This document shows, piece after piece, positions 40,475-50,363 of a stretch of 64,000 nucleotides of DNA (its first letter is position 1; each line of letters starts with the position of its first letter). The stretch spans positions 321,072 through 385,071 of the forward strand of contig NZ_JMCB01000007.1 of the NCBI RefSeq assembly GCF_000737315.1, read 5' to 3'. The notes beneath the pieces were generated by a model. The model was given only the letters and a program-made list of their open reading frames with translations. It had not been told where the DNA came from and did not search any database. The position numbers and the translations under genes are program-made. This stretch comes from Hyalangium minutum. Its GTDB lineage: Bacteria > Myxococcota > Myxococcia > Myxococcales > Myxococcaceae.

Positions 40475-41406
40475 AGAAACACATCCCCCGGATTCGGCTG
40501 CTCCCTGAGCTCGGCGATGACGCTGTGGTGGCACGGGACGGTGTGGCTATCTGCTTCTTCCTGCCCCACTCTCACAAGGAGGTGGCCCACGCCATCTGGC
40601 GGGCCCTTGAGACCTACCGGCGCTCCATTCCTCCTGAGGCGCTGCCTTGGTACGTCTCGAATGATGGCGACTATCTCCCGCTGGATGAGAAGGGCTGGGA
40701 GCAAACCCGCTACACCCTCTTAGAGCGCCCGTGGGGCTCTGCCTGGATCGTCCAACTGGAAGAGGACTGCAGCCAGGTAGGGGGCTACAACTTCGAGTAC
40801 GTCGGCCGGTGGCTGAACGATCCGGAAGGGTTGAACCGGCAGGGCTCGGCGACGGGGGTGCTCTTCACCTTGCCCACCGAGTACATGGTGGAGCACGGCC
40901 CCGGCCATGTGCGCGCGCTGGCGCTGGAGTTGGCGCGCGAGCTGCCCTTCAGCTTCGGCTACGCGAGCCTGGCCCTCATCGCGCCTCAGGGCCGCTGGTT
41001 CGCCGCGCGGGGCGCCGTCGAGCCTCTGCTTTGGCGCTACCTGGGGCTGGACGTCTACAAGCTGATGGAGACAGGGGCCTGTATCGGTTCGCAGGCCCGA
41101 GGTGCGTACTGGCTGACATTCTTGGGCCAGCCGCTGCTGGGGCAGGTGGGGGGCGAGGAGGGCTTGAGAAGCAAGCTGGCTTTCCCTCAGGTGTCGGTGC
41201 AGCCGCTGGAAGGCGAGCGGGTGCTGCTTACCCTGGGAGAGTGGCCGAAACTGCTCGACACGCAGAAGGGCGAGACGGGACCGGAGTACAGGGCGCTGGC
41301 GCGCGTGTTGGAGCCGTATCTGTATGAGGAGCGGTATGACTGGTTCCCCAGGTTGCCCCCAGCAGAGAACTCCTTGCGCCGCTGGATCCGGCGCTTGTGC
41401 CAGTGA
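40471..41406 (+). CDS. DUF3396/TsiV-like immunity protein, copy 2 (cognate)
   Basis: 311 aa; start overlaps the toxin stop; long blocks identical to copy 1. Confidence 0.72.
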   Translation: MKKHIPRIRLLPELGDDAVVARDGVAICFFLPHSHKEVAHAIWRALETYRRSIPPEALPWYVSNDGDYLPLDEKGWEQTRYTLLERPWGSAWIVQLEEDCSQVGGYNFEYVGRWLNDPEGLNRQGSATGVLFTLPTEYMVEHGPGHVRALALELARELPFSFGYASLALIAPQGRWFAARGAVEPLLWRYLGLDVYKLMETGACIGSQARGAYWLTFLGQPLLGQVGGEEGLRSKLAFPQVSVQPLEGERVLLTLGEWPKLLDTQKGETGPEYRALARVLEPYLYEERYDWFPRLPPAENSLRRWIRRLCQ

Positions 41407-41478
41407 GTCCCGGAGAGCAGGGAGCACCCGAGATTGACGGGCGCGTGCTTGCGCCCCTGCGGGGGCATGCCGCAGGCC

Positions 41479-41550
41479 ATGCGTGAACCGAACCTGTCTG
41501 CTCCTTCCAGCCATCGCGAACCTGCCCGTGCTCGGAGGGGCTCGCGATGA
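41479..41550 (+). pseudogene. Truncated start of a second toxin-like gene (MREPN...)
   Basis: Upstream sequence and first codons (ccatgcgtgaaccgaacc) match the toxin start (ccatgagtgaaccgaacc); stops after 23 codons at the hsdS ATG. Confidence 0.55.
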
Positions 41551-41624
41551 GCTTCCCTCGCTACCCGAAGTACAAGGACAGGGGTGTCCCGTGGCTGGGC
41601 GAGGTGCCTGCTCACTGGGAAGTG
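41547..41624 (+). pseudogene. hsdS: 5' stub of type I R-M specificity subunit
   Basis: MSFPRYPKYKDRGVPWLGEVPAHWEV is the characteristic HsdS N-terminus; stop at 41640-41642; not in the ORF track. Confidence 0.8.
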
Positions 41625-41866
41625 TGGAGTCGCCCACGCTGACGCAGCAGGCCGCGAACAACACCAAGGAACAGTTCGCGAACTCGCCGGATCTCCAGAG
41701 CGAATTGGAGAATGCCATCATCGCGGCGTACGACGCCCACACGCTCATGAGCACGCAGGCACTGGACTCGAAGGCGGTTCAGCAAGCGCTCAAGGACATC
41801 CTGCTGAACCATGCGCTGCTGTGGGAGGCGCTCCGCGCCAAGGCCACAGAGAGCCCGGCCCGGTAG
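41622..41866 (+). pseudogene. hsdR: 3' fragment of type I R-M restriction subunit
   Basis: QQAANNTKEQFANSPDL..AIIAAYDAH..MSTQALDS..LKDILL..LWEALR resembles an HsdR C-terminus; joined out of frame to the hsdS stub. Confidence 0.72.
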
Positions 41867-41981
41867 GGGCCCCGCTTCTCAGCTGGGCGGGTGGGTCGGA
41901 GTCGCCTGCGCCAGGACTCCTTGTGGCCAAGTGCCCGTTTTTACAGGGGCTGTTTCAGCTGTGGCCATCCGCCCGTCGCAG

Positions 41982-42001
41982 ACAGCTGACCAGTCAGCTG
42001 T
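41982..42001. repeat. Perfect 20-bp palindrome ACAGCTGAC-CA-GTCAGCTGT
   Basis: 9-bp arms, between the hsdR remnant and the convergent gvpF/L gene. Confidence 0.8.
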
Positions 42002-42059
42002 GGCACGCCGCATTCTGATCAACCCAGTGGTTGGTACCGTGAACGTGGGGCCGTTCCTG

Positions 42060-42713
42060 TCACCGCTCCGGTGTGGGCTCCCGCCGCAGCACGATGTCCG
42101 TGAAGTGATAGGGCGCCCACGGGCCTGTGTACTGGAGCGTGAGCAACTCGAAGCGCGCCGCCAGCGAGCGCAGCTTCGCATCGAAGGCCGCCTCGTGCTC
42201 CCGTGCCACCAGGAAGGCCGCGTTCAGGATCATCCGCTCGCCCAGGGGGCGCACCTCGCGCACCGCGGTGGCCAGCGGCCTCAGGGACTCCAGCAGCGTC
42301 TGGGCGTCATGCCTCGCCGCTTCCCGGGCAATGACGTCCTCATCCCACAGCACCTTCACGCCCAGCTCGATGTGCCCTTCCAGCTTCGCCAGCACGCCCG
42401 TGAAGGCGTCCCGCGCCGAGCGCAGCAGCTCCACCACCTCCTCGTGGCCTCGGAACGTGAGCCCGAAGGCCGCTGGCAGCAGCGTGTGCTCGCGCATCAC
42501 CGCCTCCTGCACGCGGTGGTGGGCCAGCAGGTGGTCCCTCGTGGGGTCCGGCACTGCCGCTGAGCCCTCGGACACCACCGCCGCCAGCTCGCCGTCGTGC
42601 ACCGTCACCACCTCGGCGGGCGGTGTCCCCAGGCCGAGCGCGCCGAAGCGCAGCTCCTGCTTCGCGCGCAGCACCCCATACAGGTACAGGGAGGAGGTCC
42701 GGGCCATGGCCAT
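42060..42713 (-). CDS. GvpL/GvpF family gas vesicle protein
   Basis: LYLYGV, LAAVVS, LLAHHRVQE, TLLPAAFG, MILNAAFLV, YTGPWAPYHF. Confidence 0.85.
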   Translation of the reverse strand: MAMARTSSLYLYGVLRAKQELRFGALGLGTPPAEVVTVHDGELAAVVSEGSAAVPDPTRDHLLAHHRVQEAVMREHTLLPAAFGLTFRGHEEVVELLRSARDAFTGVLAKLEGHIELGVKVLWDEDVIAREAARHDAQTLLESLRPLATAVREVRPLGERMILNAAFLVAREHEAAFDAKLRSLAARFELLTLQYTGPWAPYHFTDIVLRREPTPER

Positions 42714-42716
42714 CTG

Positions 42717-43111
42717 TCACTTCTTGCGTGCCGCGAGCACCTTCTTCACCTCCGCCACCAGCGTGTCCGGTAGACAGGGTTTCACCACGAAGGAGTCGCA
42801 CTGCACCTGCTGCCCGGAGCCGGGCTCATTGGCCAACGCGTGCCCCGTCAGTGCCACCACCGGAATGTGCTTCGTGCGCTCGTCGCTCTTGAGCCGGCGC
42901 GTGGCCTCCCACCCGTCGATAATGGGCAGGGACAGGTCCATCAGGATGACGTCCGGTATCAGCGCGAAGGCCTTGTCCAGCGCCTCGGCCCCGTTCGTCG
43001 CCTGGTCCACCCGGAACCCGGAGAACTCCAGGTACTCCGCGTACATCTCCCGCGCGTCCTGGTAGTCGTCGACGACCAGCACGAGGGGCTTGGAGTTGTC
43101 CGGAGCATTCG

Positions 43112-43115
<4 letters not shown>
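42717..43115 (-). CDS. Single-domain CheY-like response regulator
   Basis: [20 protein letters not shown]; ATGA overlap with the kinase stop. Confidence 0.92.
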
Positions 43116-44779
<1,664 letters not shown>

Positions 44780-44783
44780 AGTC

Positions 44784-44993
44784 CTAGGCTCCGGTTCCCG
44801 TTTTTCCCGGAGGCACTCCGGGTCGCTCCAGGTGCGTGTTCACGGACTCGACGGCGAGGCGGCCACTTGGGGCAAGGGCCGAGGTTCGCGCAGGCTCCAC
44901 GCCGGGCTCCTGGGCGAAGCGGATGCCCTGATCCAGGACGCGGTCCAGGATGTCGACCAGGCTGGTGCCTCCGGGATTTCGTGTGACCGGCAT
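44784..44993 (-). CDS. Divergent GvpA/GvpJ-like small protein
   Basis: AGGAG RBS; [15 protein letters not shown] and SVNTHL match GvpA helix motifs; central hairpin not conserved. Confidence 0.65.
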   Translation of the reverse strand: MPVTRNPGGTSLVDILDRVLDQGIRFAQEPGVEPARTSALAPSGRLAVESVNTHLERPGVPPGKTGTGA

Positions 44994-45217
44994 CCTGTGC
45001 TCCTGGCCGTGGCGGCCCGTCCCTCAACTTCATTAAATAGCGCGGTCCCCCTCAGACAACCTCAGCGTTTCGGCGGAAGTCCGCGCTTTGCCAACTCCTG
45101 AGAAGGCACTCTGTTGCCTCGGACACACCCTGTCCACCTTCTGGACGAGGAGCAGGCAGCCGTGCGGGCCGAGTCTGCTGGCTTACCAGCCCTCAGGGGA
45201 ATCCCTAGCCTTGGTTC

Positions 45218-46771
45218 ATGACGGAAGAGCGGATCCACAAGTCGCTCTGGACGACGACGGCGCCCGGGCGGCGGTTTCCCGTGCTCTCTGGAGACCTGAC
45301 GGTGGATGTGGCGGTGGTGGGCGGCGGTGTCGCGGGCCTCACAGTGGCCTGGCTGCTCCGCAGGGCGGGCAAGAGGGTGGTGGTGCTGGAGATGAACCGG
45401 CTGCTCACCGGGCAGACCGGGCAGACCACGGCCCATCTCACCGAGCTGTTGGACACCCCGTACTCCACGCTCTGCTCGGACTTTGGCGAGAAGGGAGCTC
45501 GCCTGGCGGCCGCCTCCAGCCGGGACTCCATCGAGCAGATCGCCTCGCTGGTGAAGGCGCTGGGCGTGGACTGCGGGTTCCAGCGCGTGCCCATGTTCCG
45601 CTACGCGGAGACGGACTCGCAGCTGAGGGAGCTGGAGAAGGAAGTGGCTGCGGCGCGCAAGGTGGGGCTGCAGGCCTCGCTCACGCGGGACGTGCCGCTG
45701 CCGTTCCCAGTGAAGGGAGCGCTCCGGCTGGAGAACCAGGCGCAGTTCCACCCACGCACGTACCTGCTGGCCCTGGCCGAGCGCCTCGAGAAGGAAGGCT
45801 GCCTCATCTTCGAGGAGACGCGCGTGGTGGACGTGCAGGACGGGGTGCCCTGCCGCGTCGTCACGGACAAAGGCACCGTGCTGGCCACGGACGTGGTGGA
45901 GGCCACCACGACGCCGCTCAACAAGCTGTTCCTCCACAGCAAGCTCTACCCGTACCGCACCTACTCGGTGGCGGGTCCGCTGGAGGCGCCGCTGGAGGCG
46001 GGCCTCTATTACGACAGCCAGGACCCGTACCACTACATCCGCCCGCAGCGCATCGACGGGGTGGACTACCTGATCGTCGGTGGCGAGGACCACAAGGTCG
46101 GCACCGAGGAGGACACGGAGACGCACTTCGCCGCGCTGGAGGCGTACACGCGGCGCAACTTCCCTGTCACTCGCGTGACGCACCGCTGGTCCGGCCAGGT
46201 CATCGAGCCCGCGGACGGGCTGGCGTACATCGGCCGCAACAGCGCCTCGCGGCACACGTACGTGGCCACGGGCTTCTCGGGCACGGGCATCACCTGGGGG
46301 ACGCTGTCGGGGATGATCCTCTCGGACCTGATCCTCGGGCGGGAGAACCCGTACGCCGCGCTCTATGACGCCAGGCGCGTGAAGGTGCGGGCGGGCGCCA
46401 AGGACTTCATTCAAGAGAACGCCGAGGTGGCCTTCCGCTTCGTCGCGGATCGGCTCGCGCGGCCGGACGGGCACCAGCTGTCCGAGGTGGCTCCCGGCGA
46501 GGGGAAGATTCTCGAGGTGGAGGGCAAGAAGGTGGCCGTCTACCGCGAGGAGAACGGCACCTGTCATGCCATCAGCCCAGTGTGCACGCACGTGGGGTGC
46601 CATGTGCACTGGAACCGCGCGGAGCGCTCCTGGGACTGCCCCTGTCATGGCGCCCGCTTCAGCCCCACCGGCAAGGTGCTCAATGGCCCGGCCGTGAGGG
46701 ATCTCGCCTCCCAGAAGCTGCCAGAGGAGGCCTCAACCGCTTCACCTATCACCACACACGGAGAGGAATAA
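45218..46771 (+). CDS. FAD-dependent oxidoreductase with C-terminal Rieske 2Fe-2S domain (YhfW-like)
   Basis: VVGGGVAG; CTHVGC...WDCPCHG. Confidence 0.9.
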   Translation: MTEERIHKSLWTTTAPGRRFPVLSGDLTVDVAVVGGGVAGLTVAWLLRRAGKRVVVLEMNRLLTGQTGQTTAHLTELLDTPYSTLCSDFGEKGARLAAASSRDSIEQIASLVKALGVDCGFQRVPMFRYAETDSQLRELEKEVAAARKVGLQASLTRDVPLPFPVKGALRLENQAQFHPRTYLLALAERLEKEGCLIFEETRVVDVQDGVPCRVVTDKGTVLATDVVEATTTPLNKLFLHSKLYPYRTYSVAGPLEAPLEAGLYYDSQDPYHYIRPQRIDGVDYLIVGGEDHKVGTEEDTETHFAALEAYTRRNFPVTRVTHRWSGQVIEPADGLAYIGRNSASRHTYVATGFSGTGITWGTLSGMILSDLILGRENPYAALYDARRVKVRAGAKDFIQENAEVAFRFVADRLARPDGHQLSEVAPGEGKILEVEGKKVAVYREENGTCHAISPVCTHVGCHVHWNRAERSWDCPCHGARFSPTGKVLNGPAVRDLASQKLPEEASTASPITTHGEE

Positions 46772-46773
46772 CC

Positions 46774-47262
46774 ATGGACGCGTTGGATCTGCTCAAGGAA
46801 CAGCACGACGAAGTGAACACGCTCTTCAAGAAGTTCGAGAAGCTCGAGGAGGGCTCCACGGCGGAGCTCCGTGAGCTCTTCGTCATGATCGCGGACCGGC
46901 TCTCGGCCCACGCCACCATCGAGGAGCAGTTCTTCTATCCCTCCATCAAGACGGACAAGACGGAGGACCTCATCCGCGAGGCCGTGGAGGAGCACCTGGG
47001 CGTCAAGCGCATCATCGCGGACCTGCTGGAGATGGAGCCCTCGGACGAGCAGTTCGCCGCCAAGATGAAGGTGCTGATGGAGAACGTCGAGCACCACGTC
47101 GAGGAGGAAGAGGACGAGATGTTCAAGCTGGTGCGCAAGGTGCTCGACAAGGATCAGCGCTTCGCGCTCGGCGTTCAGATGAAGGCGGAGTTCGACGAGC
47201 TGATGAAGGGCGAGCCCCGCAACGAGGTGCCCATGCAGACGGACGAGGCGGCCCCGGTTTGA
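46774..47262 (+). CDS. Hemerythrin-like domain protein
   Basis: QHDEV, HATIEEQFFYP, EEH, HHVEEEE. Confidence 0.85.
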   Translation: MDALDLLKEQHDEVNTLFKKFEKLEEGSTAELRELFVMIADRLSAHATIEEQFFYPSIKTDKTEDLIREAVEEHLGVKRIIADLLEMEPSDEQFAAKMKVLMENVEHHVEEEEDEMFKLVRKVLDKDQRFALGVQMKAEFDELMKGEPRNEVPMQTDEAAPV

Positions 47263-47312
47263 TGCTGAACTGACGTGCAGTCCAGGCGCGAGGGTGGCAC
47301 CATGGCCCGGCC

Positions 47313-48083
47313 ATGCCTGCCACCGCTCGCGCCCGTGCTGTTGTCCCGCTCCTCCCCGAGTCCTTCACTCCCGCTGCTCGCAGAGCCTTGATGCGGGCGG
47401 ATCCCGTCCTGGGCGCGCTGATGAAGCGGGTGGGGCCCCTCCAGCTGCAGATGAAGCCGCTGCACAGCCCGTTCTCGGCGCTGGCGGAGTCCATCGTCTA
47501 CCAGCAGCTCCACGGCCGCGCGGCGGCCACCATCTTCGGCCGGCTCTGTGAGCGGGTAGGCCATGGCGCCGCGCTCACGCCGGAGGCGCTGCTGGCCACG
47601 CCGGACACGGCGCTGCGCGAGGCGGGCCTGTCGGCCGCGAAGCTGGCGGCGGTGAAGGACCTGGCGCAGAAGACACGGGAGGGCACGGTGCCCACGCTGG
47701 CCCAGGTCCACAAGATGGACGACGCGGAGCTCATCGAGCGCTTCACGCAGGTGCGTGGCATCGGCCAGTGGACGGTGGAGATGCTGCTCATCTTCCGGCT
47801 CGGGCGGCCGGACGTGCTGCCGGTGGATGACTACGCCATCCGCAAGGGCTTCATGCTGATGCAGGGGCTGGAGGAGTCACCGCGCCCGCGCGAGGTGCTC
47901 GCCTACGGGGAGCGCTGGCGGCCCTGGCGCACCGTGGCGAGCTGGTACCTCTGGCGCTCGCTGGATACGCCCCAGCCTCAGGAGGCGCTGGAGCCCTCGA
48001 GATCGGCGCGGCCCCAGTCTCCCCAGGCCCGCAAAAGCAAGCTGCGAACCTCGTCCTCCGTCACAGGGCGGAAGTCCGAGTAG
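47313..48083 (+). CDS. DNA-3-methyladenine glycosylase (AlkA/HhH family)
   Basis: SIVYQQL, GLSAAK, VRGIGQWT, DVLPVDD, WRPWRTVASWYLW; start uncertain. Confidence 0.88.
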   Translation: MPATARARAVVPLLPESFTPAARRALMRADPVLGALMKRVGPLQLQMKPLHSPFSALAESIVYQQLHGRAAATIFGRLCERVGHGAALTPEALLATPDTALREAGLSAAKLAAVKDLAQKTREGTVPTLAQVHKMDDAELIERFTQVRGIGQWTVEMLLIFRLGRPDVLPVDDYAIRKGFMLMQGLEESPRPREVLAYGERWRPWRTVASWYLWRSLDTPQPQEALEPSRSARPQSPQARKSKLRTSSSVTGRKSE

Positions 48084-48658
48084 CAGGACGACACGGTATC
48101 GAAGGGCAGCGGTTGCCAGGGGCAGACGACCTCATCGAACTCCTCGTTGATCAGCTGTAGGCCCTCCCGCGAGGCCACGGGGACTGCGGCCACCAACGTC
48201 CGGGCGCCCGTGCGGCGCACCAGGCCCGCAGCGTCCCGGAGCAGGAGCCCCTGGGCTGCGCCCTCGTCCACGATGAGGGCGATGCGTCCGTGGAGGGTGG
48301 GGGGTGGGGCGGGGGGACGAAGCGTGTGAATGCGCTGGCGGAGGCGGCGCCACGCGAAGGCGGTGGCTTGGCGCAGTGGCTCGTCGTTGACTCCCAGCGC
48401 GTTGATGACGGGCTCGTGGAGCTGTTGCGAGGGTGGCCAGCCGAGCAGCCCCAGAGTGATGTCTCCCCGGGGCGAGGTGATGGGCTCCAGGAAGCACAGC
48501 TCCAGGGGCACCGCGAGGTGCCGCGCCACCTCGAAGGCGATGGGCACTCCCCCGTTCGGAATGCCGAGCACGGTGACGTCATGCCGTCCTGCGTAGCGGG
48601 ACAGTGAGCGGGCAAGCACCTCGCCCGCGTGAGAGCGGTGAGAGAAGGGCGTGATCAT
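47978..48658 (-). CDS. Phosphoribosyltransferase-like protein with degenerate PRPP loop
   Basis: VLGIPNGGVPIA; IVDEGAAQG in place of VDDGxATG; VAAVPVAS. Confidence 0.7.
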   Translation of the reverse strand: MITPFSHRSHAGEVLARSLSRYAGRHDVTVLGIPNGGVPIAFEVARHLAVPLELCFLEPITSPRGDITLGLLGWPPSQQLHEPVINALGVNDEPLRQATAFAWRRLRQRIHTLRPPAPPPTLHGRIALIVDEGAAQGLLLRDAAGLVRRTGARTLVAAVPVASREGLQLINEEFDEVVCPWQPLPFDTVSSCYSDFRPVTEDEVRSLLLRAWGDWGRADLEGSSAS

Positions 48659-48803
48659 CTGGACGGAACCTGAGGAGCAAGCCTGGGCACGGCAAACAGG
48701 GGCCGCTCGCCCGGCTGCTCTCGTGCCCAGGGGCTTCCAAGGGAGCCTGCCTTGCGGCGCGTCCCCACCGTCCTCACCCCTTGAGACAAAGGAGCCATCG
48801 CTC

Positions 48804-49952
48804 ATGCGTGCTTTGACTTATCAAGGGCCTTACCGGGTCCGTGTGGAGAACAAGCCTGATCCGACCATCGAGCACCCGCAGGACGTGGTGCTGAAGGTGA
48901 CGCGGACGGCCATCTGTGGTTCGGACCTGCACCTGCTGCACGGTCTCATCGCAGACACCCGCGTGGGCTGCACGTTCGGGCACGAGTTCATGGGAGTGGT
49001 GGAGGAGACAGGGCGCGAGGTGAAAACCCTGCGCAAGGGCGACCGCGTGGTGGTGCCGTTCAACATCTCCTGCGGCATGTGCTTCTACTGTCAGCGCTCG
49101 CTCACGGCGCTGTGTGAGAACTCCAACCCGTGCAGCGATCTGGCCTCGGGCGTGTACGGGTACTCGCACACCACGGGCGGCTTCGAGGGCGGCCAGGCCG
49201 AGTATGTGCGCGTGCCCTACGCGGACGTCGGCCCTCTGAAGGTGCCCGAGGACATGGAGGACGAGGAGGTGCTCTTCCTCAGCGACATCCTCCCCACGGG
49301 CTACCAGGGCGCGGAGATGGGAGAGATCCAGGCCGGTGAGACGGTGGTGGTGTTTGGCTGTGGCCCCGTGGGCCTGTTCGCCATGAAGTCCGCATGGCTG
49401 ATGGGCGCCGGGCGCGTCATCGCCGTGGACCACATTCCGTACCGGCTGACCTTCGCGGAGCAGTACGCGAAGGTGGAGACGGTGAACTTCAAGGAGGTAG
49501 GGGACGTGGTGATGCACCTCCGCGAGATGTGCGGCGGCCGCGGCGCGGACGTGTGCATTGACGCGGTGGGCATGGAGGCCGAGGGCTCCACCATGCACAA
49601 GATGCTGGGCCTGGCGAAGCTCGAGGCCGGCGCTCCCACGGCCATCAACTGGAGCATCGACACCGTGCGCAAGGGGGGCAACGTGTCGATCATCGGCGTG
49701 TACGGCCCGCCGTGGAACCTGATCAACATCGGCACGGCGATGAACAAGGGCCTGACGCTGCGGATGAACCAGTGCAACGTGCGCCGGTACATGCCTCGGC
49801 TGCTGGAGCACATCCGCGAGGGCCGTATCGACGCCAAGGGCATCATCACCCACCGCTTCCCGCTGGAGGACGCGGCGCACGCCTACCACCTGTTCGCCCA
49901 GAAGCGGGACAACTGCATCAAGTGCGTCCTGGTTCCCCACGGGCACGCCTGA
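48804..49952 (+). CDS. Zn-dependent alcohol dehydrogenase (glutathione-dependent formaldehyde dehydrogenase-like)
   Basis: CGSDLH, GHEFMG, CGMCFYC..C, GCGPVG. Confidence 0.9.
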   Translation: MRALTYQGPYRVRVENKPDPTIEHPQDVVLKVTRTAICGSDLHLLHGLIADTRVGCTFGHEFMGVVEETGREVKTLRKGDRVVVPFNISCGMCFYCQRSLTALCENSNPCSDLASGVYGYSHTTGGFEGGQAEYVRVPYADVGPLKVPEDMEDEEVLFLSDILPTGYQGAEMGEIQAGETVVVFGCGPVGLFAMKSAWLMGAGRVIAVDHIPYRLTFAEQYAKVETVNFKEVGDVVMHLREMCGGRGADVCIDAVGMEAEGSTMHKMLGLAKLEAGAPTAINWSIDTVRKGGNVSIIGVYGPPWNLINIGTAMNKGLTLRMNQCNVRRYMPRLLEHIREGRIDAKGIITHRFPLEDAAHAYHLFAQKRDNCIKCVLVPHGHA

Positions 49953-49966
49953 GAGAGGACACAGCC

Positions 49967-50344
49967 ATGATGAACGAACAGATCGTGGGCAAGGGCGCGG
50001 ACGCGGATCCTGCCAACCGTCCTGGGATTCCGATGGAGACGGAGCCGGCACCGCTGGCAGGGGCGCAGATGCCCATCGAGCCCCAGAAGTCGGACTACCC
50101 GGTGCTGATGCACGGCGGGAAGCAGAAGATGCCGCCGGTGTTCGGGACGGCCTCGCCGCCCAAGGCGCTGAGCGGGCTCATCCGGAAGGCGGCCTACAAG
50201 TACCCGGACCACTGGGCCCGGCACTGGATGATGCTGATGATGGCGGACCGGGTGGACTCGTGGGAGCACAACCTGCGGAGGGTTCTTCCATTGGCCGCAG
50301 TCGTCCTCGTCGGCGGCCTGACGTACAAGCTGATCCGCCGCTGA
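49967..50344 (+). CDS. Small hypothetical protein with C-terminal TM
   Basis: RBS GAGAGG; good codon usage; directly follows the dehydrogenase. Confidence 0.65.
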   Translation: MMNEQIVGKGADADPANRPGIPMETEPAPLAGAQMPIEPQKSDYPVLMHGGKQKMPPVFGTASPPKALSGLIRKAAYKYPDHWARHWMMLMMADRVDSWEHNLRRVLPLAAVVLVGGLTYKLIRR

Positions 50345-50363
50345 GCGGGCGGCGGTAGCTCCG

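Larger units (their letters stand above)
36027..41552. mobile_element. 5.5-kb inserted kinase/toxin-immunity cassette bounded by TGAGC direct repeats, no mobility gene
   Basis: TGAGC at 36027-36031 and 41548-41552; removing the insert restores an hsdM-stop/hsdS-start GTGA overlap. Confidence 0.6.

Noticed and set aside
45103-45118. sigma54-like GGCACTCTGTTGC upstream of the FAD-Rieske gene
   Set aside because: GG-GC spacing is 9 nt rather than the required 10.
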